From the human T2T-CHM13v2.0 reference genome, Homo sapiens: a stretch of 64,000 nucleotides of DNA. Where the stretch lies: contig CP086569.2 of assembly GCA_009914755.4 (NCBI GenBank), forward strand, positions 17,920,001 through 17,984,000. Reading direction: 5' to 3'. Shown one piece after another: positions 28,488 to 37,803 of the stretch. Position numbers and translations under genes: made by a program. The stretch's first letter is position 1. Each line of letters opens with the position of its first letter. Under the pieces are notes generated by a model. The model ran no database searches. It was not told where the DNA came from and worked only from the letters and a program-made list of their open reading frames with translations.

Positions 28488-28910
28488 TTTTTATTGCAAA
28501 AATATGGAACCAACCCAAATGCCCATCAATCAATGAGTGGACTCTGGTGTGTGTCTGTGTGTGTGTCTGTGTGTATACACACACACTCTGTGGTGTATAA
28601 GTGGGTGTGTATATATATATACACACACACATATATATTCACACACATACATACAGTGAAATAAATACAGTGAAATACTACTCAGCCATAAAAAGCACTA
28701 AATTAATGGCATTTGCAGCTACCTGGATAGAACGGGAGACTATTCTAAGTAGCTCAGGAAAGGAAGACCAAACATCATATATTCTCACATATAAGCAGGA
28801 GCTAAGCTTTGAGGAGGCAAAGACATTAGAATGATAGAATGGACTTTGGGGACTTGGGGGAAATAGTGGGAGCGGGTGAGGGATTAAAAAAACCTACAAA
28901 TTAGGTTCAG
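28488..28910 (+). mobile_element. LINE-1 3' end (older subfamily) with an internal (TG)n microsatellite; it abuts satellite block A
   Basis: GCAAAAATATGGAACCAACCCAAATGCCCATCAATCAATGAGTGGAC ... AATACTACTCAGCCATAAAAAGCACTAAATTAATGGCATTTGCAGCTACCTGGATAGAACGGGAGACTATTCTAAGTAGCTCAGGAAAGGAAGACCAAACATCATATATTCTCACATATAAGCAGGAGCTAAGC ... GGGTGAGGGATTAAAAAAACCTACAAATTAGGTTCAGCACAAGG. Confidence 0.7.
28545..28660. repeat. (TG)n / (CA)n compound microsatellite inside the L1 3' UTR
   Basis: TGGTGTGTGTCTGTGTGTGTGTCTGTGTGTATACACACACACTCTGTGGTGTATAAGTGGGTGTGTATATATATATACACACACACATATATATTCACACACATACATACA. Confidence 0.8.
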
Positions 28911-29418
28911 CACAAGGGAGAAACAGGAACTGTGTCCTGTACAGGGCATGCAGGAGGTGTGTCACACACAAGAGAGGAACAGAAGCTATGCGCTGCACAG
29001 GGGAGAAACAGGAAGTACGTCATGCAAAGGGGAGGTATAGAAATATGTGTGTCCTGCACATGGGAGACACAGGAAATGTGTCAAGCACAGGGGCCACACA
29101 GGAAGTGTGTCCTGCAAAGAGGAGGAACAGAAAGCGTGGCCTGCAGTATGACCTGAACAATAGAAGAACAGAAAGTGTGTCCTGCACAAAGGAGACACAG
29201 GAAGTGTATGCTGCACAGAAGACAAACAGGAAGTGTATCTGTCTCAGGAGGGTAACAAGAAGTGTTTCCTGCACAAAGAAGAAACAAAGTGTGTCCTGCA
29301 CAGGGGAGACACAGGAAGTGTGTCCTGCACAGGGGAGAAATAGAAAGTATATCATGCAGACAGAAGAAACAAGAAGTGTGCCTTTCAGAGAAAAGACACA
29401 GAAAGTGTGTCATGCACA
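28910..29418 (+). repeat. Block A of an unclassified 29-bp tandem satellite, consensus about CACAGGGGAGAAACAGGAAGTGTGTCCTG, about 17 units
   Basis: Exact 29-bp spacing of the TCCTGCA motif at 29294, 29323 and 29352. Units GTGTCCTGCACAGGGGAGACACAGGAAGTGTGTCCTGCACAGGGGAGAAATAGAAAGTATATCATGCAG. Stop-free in all six frames; ORFs at 28932..29156, 28988..29431 and several minus-strand ORFs run through it. Confidence 0.9.
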
Positions 29419-30294
29419 TGATAAGAGGTGACAGCGTGCTGGCAGTCCTCAGAACCCTCGCTTGCTCTGGGCACCTCCTCTGCCTGGGCTCCCACTTTGG
29501 CGGCACTTGAGGAGCCCTTCAACCCACCACTGCACTGTGGGAGCCCCTTTCTGAGCTGGCCAAGGCTGGAGCCCACTCCCTCAGCTTGCAGGAAGGTGTG
29601 GAGGGAGAGGCGCGAGAGGGAACCGGGGCTGCGTGCAGCGCTTGCGGGCCAGCTGGAGTTCCGGGTGGGCGTGGGCTTGGCGGGCCCGCACTCGGAGCAG
29701 TCGGCCAGCCCTGCTGGCCCCAGGCAATAAGGGACTTAGCACCCGGGCCAGCAGCTGCGGAGGGTGTACTGGGTCCCAGTGGCAGGTGGGTGCCAGCCCA
29801 CCGGCGCTGCGCTAGATTTCTCACAGAGCCTTAGCTGCCTTCCCGCCCGGCAGGGCTCGGGACCTGCAGCCCGCCATACCTGAGCCTCCCACCCACTCCG
29901 TGGGTTCCTGTGGAGCCGGAGCCTCCCCAACGAGCGCCACCCCCTGCTCCATGGCACCCAGTCCCATCGACCACCCAAGGGCTGAGGAGTGCGGGCGCAC
30001 GGCACCGGGACTGGCAGGCAGCTCCACCTGCAGCCCCGGTGAGGGATCCACTGGGTGAAGCCAGCTGGGCTCCTGAGTCTGGTGGGGCCTTGGAGGACCT
30101 TTATGTCTAGCTCAGGGATTGTAAACACACCAATCAGCACCCTGTGCATAGCTCAAGGTTTGTGAGTGCACCAATTGACACTCTGTATCTAGCTGCTCTG
30201 GTGGGGCCTTGGAGAACCTGTGTGTCAAAACTGTATCTAACTAATCTGATGGGGACGTGGAGAACCTTTGTATCTAGCTCAGGGATTGTAAACG

Positions 30295-30385
30295 GGCCAA
30301 TCAGCGCCCTGTCAAAACAGGCCACTCGGCTCTACCAATCAGCAGGATGTGGGTGGGGCCAGATAAGAGAATAAAAGCAGGCTGC
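30295..30385 (+). promoter_or_regulatory. LTR12 U3 core promoter: CCAAT (NF-Y) boxes, a GATA motif and a TATA-like AATAAAAG, oriented toward satellite block B
   Basis: GGCCAATCAGCGCCCTG at 30295-30311, TACCAATCAGCAGGATGTGGGTGGGGCCAGATAAGAGAATAAAAGCAGGCTGCC at 30333-30386, and extra CCAAT copies at 30130 and 30171. ERV9/LTR12 U3 regions are established NF-Y- and GATA-dependent promoter/enhancers. Confidence 0.6.
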
Positions 30386-30455
30386 CGGAGCCAGCAGTGG
30401 CAACCCCTGGGGTCCCCTTCCACAGTGTGGAAGCTTTGTTGTTTCCCTCTTTGCA

Positions 30456-30461
30456 ATAAGT
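30456..30461 (+). other. Variant poly(A) signal in LTR12 R: AATAAG in place of the canonical AATAAA
   Basis: CTCTTTGCAATAAGTCTTGCTACTGCTCACTCTTTGGGTCC. The LTR12 consensus as I recall it reads TTTGCAATAAATCTTGCTGCTGCTCACTCTTTGGGTCC. Confidence 0.4.
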
Positions 30462-30813
30462 CTTGCTACTGCTCACTCTTTGGGTCCCCGCTGCTATTAT
30501 GAGCTGTAACACTCACTGCGAAGATTTGCAGCTTCACTTCTGAGCCCACCGAGACAACAAGCCCACCCGGAGGAACGAACAACTCCAGACGCTCTGCCTT
30601 AAGGGCTGTAACACTCACCGCGAAGGTCTGCAGCTTCACTCCTGAGTCAGCGAGACCACGAACCCACCAGAAGGAAGAAACTCCGAACACATCTGAACAT
30701 CAGAAGGGACAGACTCCAGACACGCCACCTTAAGAGCTGTAACACTCACCGCGAGGATCCGCGGCTTCGTTCTTGAAGTCAGTGAGACCAAGAACCCACC
30801 AATTCTGGACACA

Positions 30814-33800
30814 ATGAGAGTAATAGAAAACGTGTCATGCACAGAGGAGGAATGGAAAGTGTGTGCTACACAGGGGAGAAGCATGGAGTGTGCCCTCTAC
30901 AGGGAGAAACAGGAAGTGTGTCATGTACAGAGGAGAAACAAAAAGTATGTGCTACACTGAGAGAAAAACAGAAATAGTGTCATTCACAAGGGAGAAAGAG
31001 GAAGTGAGTCATGCAGATGGGACTAACAGAAAATGTGTCATGCACAGAGGAAGAACGGAAAGTATGTGCTACACACAGAGAAACAGGATGGGTGCTATGC
31101 ATGGGAGAGACAAAGGAAGTGTGTCCTGCACAGTGGAGAAACAGAAAGTGTGCCACGCACAGAGGAGGAGTAGAAAGTGTGTCCTGCACAGGGAAAAACC
31201 AGGAAGGGTGTGGTGCACAGGGGAGAAACAGGAAGTGTGTCCTACACAGCAGAAGCATAGAAAGCATATATTACACAGGGAAGAAACAGCGTTTCTTCCA
31301 CAAGGATAAAACAGAAAATGTGTCATGCACACAGGAATAACAGAAAATGTGTCATGAATAGAGGAACAGAAAGTCTTTGCTACGCAGGAAAGAGGAAGTG
31401 TGTCCTGCACAAGAGAGACACAGGAAGTGTGTCCTTCACAGCAGAGAAATATGAAGTTTCTCAGAGAAACAAAAAGTATGTCCTGCACAAAGACGACACA
31501 GGAAGTGTGTTCTGCACATTGGAGAAACAGGTAGTGTGTCATGCACAGAGGAGGAAGGAAAAGTGTGCTGCACAGGAGAGACGAAGGAAGTGGGTCCTGC
31601 AAAAGGAAAAACAGGAAGTGTGTCCTGTGCAAGGATGAAACAAGAAGTGTGTCCTACACATCAAAGGAAAAGGAACTGTGTCCTGTACATTGGAGAAATA
31701 AGAAGGGGGTAATGCACAGAAAATGAACAGAAAGTGGGTGCTGCATAGAGAAGAAACCGGAAGTGTGTCATGCACATGGGAGTAACAGAAAATGTGTCAT
31801 CACAGAGGAATGCAAAGTGTTTACTACACTGAGGATAAATAGGAAAGGTGTTATTCACAGGGGAGGGACAGGAAGTGTGTCTTGCATACGGGAGAAACAG
31901 AAAATGTGTCCTGCAGAGGAGAAACAGAGGAAGTGTATCCTGCACAGAGGAGGAATGAAAGTATGTGCTACATTGAGGAGACACAGGAAAGCTGTTATTC
32001 ACAGGGGAGGCACAGGAAGTGTGTCCTGCACTAAGAAGACACAGGAAGTGTGTCCTGCACATGGAAGAAACAGCAAGTGTGTCTTACATATGTGAGTAAC
32101 AGAAAATATATCAGGTACAGAGGAGAAATGGAAAATGTGTGCTGCACTGGAAAGAAAAAGTGAATCCCCAACAGGGGAGACACTGGAAGTGTGTCATGCA
32201 CAGGAGAGAAACAGGAACTGTGTCCTGCACTGTGGAGAAACAGGAAGTATGTCATGCACAGGAGAGGGATGGAAAGTGTTTGCAACACAGAGGAGAGACA
32301 GGAAGGTTGTCATTCAAAGGAGAGGCATAGGAAGGAAGTGTGTCTTTCACAGGGAAGAAACAGAAAGTAAGTCCTGCACAGAAGAAAAACATGAGGTGTA
32401 TTTTGCATAAGTAAGACACAGGAAGCGTGTCATGGGCATGTCAGTAAGTAACAGAAAATGTGTCATGTACAGAGAAGGAACAGAAGGTGTGTGCTACACA
32501 GGAAAGAAAAATGTGTCCCCCACACGGGAGATATAGGAAGTGTGTTATACGTAGATTTAAAACAGAAAGCATGCCCTGCACAGGGGAAAAACAGGAAGCG
32601 TGTCTTCCACAGGGAAAAAAAAGCTGGAAATGTGTCATGCACATGGGAGTAACACAAAATGGGTCATGTACAGACAGGGAATGGAAAGTGAGTGCTACAC
32701 AGGGAAGAAAGGAAAAATGGGTCCCCCTCAAGGGAGACACAGGAAATGTGTCCTGCACAGTGGAGAAACAGAAAGTATGTCATGCATATAGAAGGACAGA
32801 AAGTATGTGCTACACAGAGGAGAAACAAGAACAATGTCATTCACAGGGAAGGCACAGGAAGTCTGTCTTGCACAGGGGGAACAGAAAATGTGTCTTGCAC
32901 AGGAAGTGTGTCATGCACAGAGGAAAAATAGGAAGTATGTCATGCACCTGGGAGTAACAGAAAATGGATCATAAACAGGAGGAATGGAAAGTGTCTGCTA
33001 CACAGGGAAGAAACTAGAAGTGTGTCATTCACAGGAGAAACACGAAAAGTGTGTATTGCACAGCAGAGAAACAAAAAGTGCATCAGGCACAAAGGAGAAA
33101 CAGAAAGTGTGTCCTGCACAGGCGAAAAACATGAAGTGTGTTCTACATAGGGGAGCAAAAGAAAATGTGTCCTGCACAGGGAAGAAACAAGAAGTGAGTC
33201 TTCCTTAGGAAAGAAACAGGAAGTGTGTCATGCACATGGGAATAACTGAAAATGTGTCATGCACAGAGGAGGAATGAAAAGTATGTTCTACACAGGAAAT
33301 AAAGTGGAAGAGGATTCCTCACAGGGAAGACACAAGTGTATCCTGCAGAGTGAAGAAACAGGAAGTGTGTCATGCACAGAGAAGGAATAGAAAGTGTATG
33401 CTACATGGAGGAGAAACAGGAAGGGTGTCATTCACAGGGTAGGCACAGGAAGTGTGTCTTAAACAAAAAAGTAACAGGAAGTTTGTTATGCACAGAAGAG
33501 AAACAGGAAATATGTCATGCACAGAGGAGAAATAGTGTGTGCTAAACAGAGGAGAAACAGGAAGGGTGTAATTCACAGCCGTGGCACAGGAAGTGTGCAT
33601 TGCACAGGAAAGAAACAGGAAGTGTATCATACACAGAGGAGAAACAGGTAGCGTGTCTTACACAGAAAAGGAATGGAATGTATGTCCTGCACAGGGGTGA
33701 AGCAGGGGGTCTGTCCTCCACAGGGAAGAAACAGGAAGTGTTTCATGCACAGGGGAGACACAGGAAGTGTGTCAAAGTGCACTCAATAGAGAAACAGGAA

Positions 33801-34206
33801 GTGTGTCATGCACATGGAAGTAACAGAAAATGTGTCACTCACAGAGGAGGGACAAAAAATGTATGCTACACAGGAAAGAGAGAGGAAGTATGTTCCCCAC
33901 AGGGGAGACACAGGAAGTTTGTCCTGCACACTGGGGAAACAAGAAGTTTGTCAGGTACAGTAAAGGAACAGAAAGTGTGTGCTACACAGAGGAGAGACAG
34001 GAAGGGTGTCATTCCCAGGGGAAGCACAGGAAGTGTGTCTTGCATAGGGGAGAAACAGAAAGTGTGTCATGCACAGAAGAGAAACAGGAAGTGTATACTG
34101 CACACCCAGGGAAAGAAAGTGTGTCCTGCACAGGGGAGAGTCAGGAAGTGTGTCCTTCACAGACAAGCAGGAAGTGTGTCATGCACAGGAGAGGCCCAGG
34201 AAGTGT
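30814..34206 (+). repeat. Block B of the 29-bp satellite, about 3.4 kb and about 117 units, directly downstream of the LTR12
   Basis: Exact 29-bp periodicity, with the TCAT/TCTT/TCCT motif at 33627, 33656, 33685, 33714, 33743 and 33772. The consensus CACAGGGGAGAAACAGGAAGTGTGTCCTG has frequent variants such as CACAGAGGAGGAACAGAAAGTGTGTGCTA. The six-frame track is saturated with ORFs up to 212 aa on both strands that show 29-aa periodic translations. Confidence 0.9.
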
Positions 34207-35465
34207 CAAAACAATGCAACCAGTTTTGTCTCACTTAGCGGTGACCCAGAAGCCCCCTCTCTGCTTTGAGTTCTCTCTGTCTTTCTAGACAGGACCAATG
34301 TACTTCTTACATACATTGATTGATGTCTCATGTCTCCCTAAAATGTATAAAATCAAGCTGTTCCCCAACCCCACTGATTTTACATTATAGTGAGTTGTAT
34401 AGTTATTTCATTGTCTATTACTATGTAATAATAATAGAAATACAGTGCACAATCAATGTAATGTGACTGAATCATTCTGAAGCCATCACCCTCCTCTCCC
34501 CATCCTGGTCCATGGAAAAATTGTCTTCCACAAAACCGGTTCCTGGTGCCAAAAAGGTTGGGGATTGCTGCTTTAAAAGTTCATAATGTACGTGTTTTAT
34601 AACTCAGACATTCTGATCATGGTTATTTATCCAAAATATATACAAGCACTTACCCAATCAAAGTCATGTATACAAGTATAAATAACAGTTTTATTTTTAT
34701 TAGCAAAAACCTGGGGACAACCTGAAACCCCATCAAGAGTTGAATGGATAAACAAACTCTACTGTATACATACAGTGAAATACAATCCAGAAATTAAAAA
34801 GAATAAAAACTACCAATACATAAAACAACACTGATTAACTTCAAAATAATTTTATTGAGTAACACTATAAAATAAAAAAGAATGTGTAAGACACCATAGC
34901 ATTTATGTAAAATTCTAGAAAGTAAAATCTGTAGTGGAGGGAAAAATTTTAAGGGAACATGAAAGAATATGGGGAATTAACGGATATGCTTATTTTCTTA
35001 ATAGTGCTGAAGGTTCAATGTACAGATGTGTCGAAATGTTATCAAAAGTACAGATTTTAAACACCCATGCAGTTGTTTATGCCTCAGTTATATAACTGAA
35101 AATATAGTGGGTTCAGTGTAATTTCTACTTTGATGGTGCTTGGAAAAAGGGCATTTATAACCAACCCAACAAGCATAGTTACTGTTTCAAAGGAGAAGCG
35201 TTATCACTTCCTCATTAGGGAATTTGTGTTATCACAAGTAAAAATATTTCATCATAAAAATGTATAATTAGATACTATAAAGAGACACCACTGGTTTATC
35301 AATTCAATTCAACACTAGCTGATATTCTAGAATTCCCATTTCCCTTCTCCCAGATGAGATTATTCCAGTCATTATTTCTGAGCCTGAACTTAAATGAGCA
35401 TGCCAACATTCAGAAGAATGCCAGGATGGAATTTGGGTTTTAATTAACTAAGAAACCTGAATGGA

Positions 35466-35753
35466 GGCCAGGCACAGTGACTCACATCTATAATCCCAGC
35501 ACTTTTGGAGGCCAAAGCCGGTGGATCACCTGAGTCCGGGAGTTCAAGACCAGCCTGACCAACAGGGAGAAACCCTGTCTCTACTAAAAATACAAAATTA
35601 GCTGAGCATGGTGCTGCATGCCTGTAATTACAGCTACTTTGGAGGCTGAGGCAGCAGAATGGCTTGAACCCAGGAAACAGAGTTTGCCAGGAGCCGAGAT
35701 CACACCACTGCACTCCAGTCTGGGCAACAAAAGCAAAACTCTGTCTCAAAAAG
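35466..35753 (+). mobile_element. Alu SINE (AluS-like)
   Basis: GGCCAGGCACAGTGACTCACATCTATAATCCCAGCACTTTTGGAGGCCAAAGCCGGTGGATCACCTGAGTCCGGGAGTTCAAGACCAGCCTGACCAAC ... GCACTCCAGTCTGGGCAACAAAAGCAAAACTCTGTCTCAAAAAG. Confidence 0.85.
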
Positions 35754-36454
35754 AAGGAAGGGAGGGAGGGAAGGGGTGGAAAGCTGAGTGGAGATAGGAA
35801 ACTTACTATAAGTATCTGAGAAGAGAGACTCAAGGCAGGAATGGAGAAAGCTTTCATCAGAGTTTAGAAATCTTCTTCCCTCTGATTCAGAAAAATGCTA
35901 AGTTGTTTTGACCTTCAACATATATCCTTCCACATTGAGTGAAAACTTCATCTAAAATGTGTCTGAAGCATCCCCAGCAGTAACTGGAGTCCAGGATTCC
36001 TGATAGAACTTGAAACCTGTGAATCCAACCATCTGGGACTTTTGGAGAAACCTCAGGAAGGTGGAGAGGTGTAGCTTACTTCCTAATATTACTGGCAATG
36101 GAATCATATGGGCCACTAAAATTGATTTTCAGGGAAAAGATCAAAGAGATTTAAATCTTCTGATTGGCTTTTATCTTGGCAAAACATTATGTTATAAATG
36201 TGCTCAGAGAACAAACCCTGTTATATTTTTATGTTGAAGATGTATACAGAGAACAAAAGGTACATAATTTAAAACAACATATTTGATCAGTTTTTAGTTA
36301 TGTAATTAATACACAAATATACAGGAGGTGATGACATATGATTGAAGAGAAGACATAATAGGATTTTGATAGGTGGTTGCATAAGTAACTCATTTATAGA
36401 ACAGGTTAATATTAAAACTCTTGGCATTAGTTTTTCCAATTTTGTTCAACTTTT

Positions 36455-36870
36455 GTTTTAGATTCAGGGAGTATATGTATTGCCCCCGGGTTTGTTACAT
36501 GGATGTATCACATGATGCTGAGGTTTTGGGTACAATTGATTCCCATACTCAGGCACTAAGCATAGTGGCCAGTAGTTTTTCAGCCCTTGGCCCCCACCCT
36601 GCAGTTTCTATTGTCTCCATCTTTATGTTAACGATTACTTAATGTTTAGCTCCCACTTTTAAGTGAGAACATGCAGTATTTAACTTTCTGTTTCTGCATT
36701 AATTTGCTTAGATAATGGCCTCCAGCTCCATTTGTGTTGCTGCAAAGTCATGATTTTTTTCTTTTTTTATGGCTGCATAGTATCTCATGGTGTATATGTA
36801 CCACATTTTCTTTACCCAGTCCACTGTTGACGGGCAGCTAGATAAATTACATGTCTCTACTATTGTGAAT
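36455..36870 (-). mobile_element. LINE-1 3'-region fragment (reverse complement of the ORF2 end and 3' UTR)
   Basis: TTTTAGATTCAGGGAGTATATGTATTGCCCCCGGGTTTGTTACATGGATGTATCACATGATGCTGAGGTTTTGGGTACAATTGATTCCCATACTCAGGCACTAAGCATAGTGGCC ... AGCTCCCACTTTTAAGTGAGAACATGCAGTATTTAACTTTCTGTTTCTGCATTAATTTGCTTAGATAATGGCCTCCAGCTCCATTTGTGTTGCTGCAAAG ... TTTTTATGGCTGCATAGTATCTCATGGTGTATATGTACCACATTTTCTTTACCCAGTCCACTGTTGACGGGCAGCTAG. Confidence 0.75.
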
Positions 36871-37552
36871 GAGTTTCTCCAATTTTAAAATAATGGTGGT
36901 AGATTAGTTTTCAGTCATATAAAAAAAGACTGTGTGGCGTGCTGTAATCTCTCAGAATCAATGATTTGTTTTACTTGAAATTGTATTTATTTTCCTAATT
37001 CCTAGAAAATTTACAAAGAATTTTATCCTTCTTTGACCAATTATTTTCAGATCTGTGACGTCATAGTCAATAGTAAATTACCACAAGGCAAGTGAGCAAT
37101 CTCCAACTTAAAGAAACATATTGTGTCAATATTTAGATGAATAGTGAAAATTTTTCAGAGTGAACATTTTAGCAAATGTAGCTTTCTAATATAAACATGT
37201 ATTAAAACAATTTATAGGTAAATATGCCTTAAATGATAATGATTTAAACAAACCCCTAAATATTATGGGAAGCTCTTTGATTTGTTTTAGCAACAGACTT
37301 AGAAACTCAACTTTACCATAACAACAAATGACAGAAGAGTAAAGTTTACTTTTTATGACAACTGCTATATTAATAACCTCTGGCTGCTTCCTTTTCTCAG
37401 AAAAGAAAAATACTAATTCATTTGTTTGCATTTTCAAATCTCTTGCTTCAGCAACTTCATGCAAAGTCTGTAAATGGGTACCATTGAATTTTAGGTGATA
37501 AAATATTTTCAAGAGAAAAGAAATCAAGAAAACATGGAGGTAACTAACCCAG

Positions 37553-37803
37553 AAAAAGAAAACCAAATACTGCATGTTCTCATTTATGAGGGAGATGAAC
37601 AGTGGGTACGTGGGAACACAAATATAAGAACAACAAACACTAGGGACTGAAAAATTTCCTGCTGGAAGCAGGGCAAGGACTGAAACATTTTCTATGGGGT
37701 ACCATGTTCACTATTTGGGTGACAGGATCAACAGAAGACTAAACCTCATCATCATAATTGTAACACACCTGCACAGGTACCTCTGAACCTAAAATAAAAA
37801 AAT
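37553..37803 (+). mobile_element. LINE-1 extreme 3' end (3' UTR plus A-tail)
   Basis: AGAAAAAGAAAACCAAATACTGCATGTTCTCATTTATGAGGGAGATGAACAGTGGGTACGTGGGAACACAAATATAAGAACAACAAACACTAGGGACTG ... GGGTGACAGGATCAACAGAAGACTAAACCTCATCATCATAATTGTAACACACCTGCACAGGTACCTCTGAACCTAAAATAAAAAAA. Confidence 0.75.

Larger units (their letters stand above)
29419..30813 (+). mobile_element. Solo LTR12 (HERV9 / ERV9 LTR), about 1.4 kb, inserted into the 29-bp satellite
   Basis: TGATAAGAGGTGACAGCGTGCTGGCAGTCCTCAGAACCCTCGCTTGCTCTGGGCACCTCCTCTGCCTGGGCTCCCACTTTGGCGGCACTTGAGGAGCCCTTCAACCCACCACTGCACTGTGGGAGCCCCTTTCTGAGCTGGCCAAGGCTGGAGCC ... CpG-rich U3 ... tandem U3 repeats TGTATCTAGCTCAGGGATTGTAAACGGGCCAATCAGCGCCCTGTCAAAACAGGCCACTCGGCTCTACCAATCAGCAGGATGTGGGTGGGGCCAGATAAGAGAATAAAAGCAGGCTGCCGGAGCCAGCAGTGGCAACC ... 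R/U5 repeats GAGCTGTAACACTCACCGCGAAGGTCTGCAGCTTCACTCCTGAGTCAGCGAGACCACGAACCCACC ... ends ...CCAATTCTGGACACA. Satellite lies directly on both sides and no internal HERV9 sequence is present. Confidence 0.85.

Noticed and set aside
29428-30374. ORFs of 60-137 aa that are Gly, Ala, Pro and Arg-rich, at 29428..29730, 29736..30149 and 29519..29824
   Set aside because: They lie inside the CpG-rich, GC-rich U3 region of the LTR12. Stops are rare in GC-rich DNA, so these are compositional artefacts. No homology to a real protein is apparent.
28910-34206. Regularly spaced 29-bp repeats that superficially resemble a CRISPR array, since 29 bp is a typical CRISPR repeat length
   Set aside because: There are no unique spacers between the repeats; the monomers abut directly. 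The context is primate genomic DNA packed with Alu, L1 and HERV LTR elements. There are no cas genes. This is a eukaryotic tandem satellite, not a CRISPR array.
30863-34288. Long ORFs of 100-212 aa on both strands as candidate protein-coding genes, possibly Cys/His-rich zinc-finger-like repeat proteins
   Set aside because: The ORFs are a by-product of a monomer that is stop-free in six frames. The 29-bp unit is not a multiple of 3. ORFs overlap on both strands and in all frames, they break wherever a monomer mutates to a stop, and the sequence is not a recognisable C2H2 or other domain.
34210-34560. Sequence just past the end of satellite block B, ...GTCTCACTTAGCGGTGACCCAGAAGCCCC...CCACAAAACCGGTTCCTGGTGCCAAAAAGGTTGGGGATTGCTG, that feels like a known interspersed repeat
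   Set aside because: I could not assign it to a family from memory, and it shows no tandem structure, terminal repeats or ORF. I left it unannotated rather than guess; a Dfam search would settle it.
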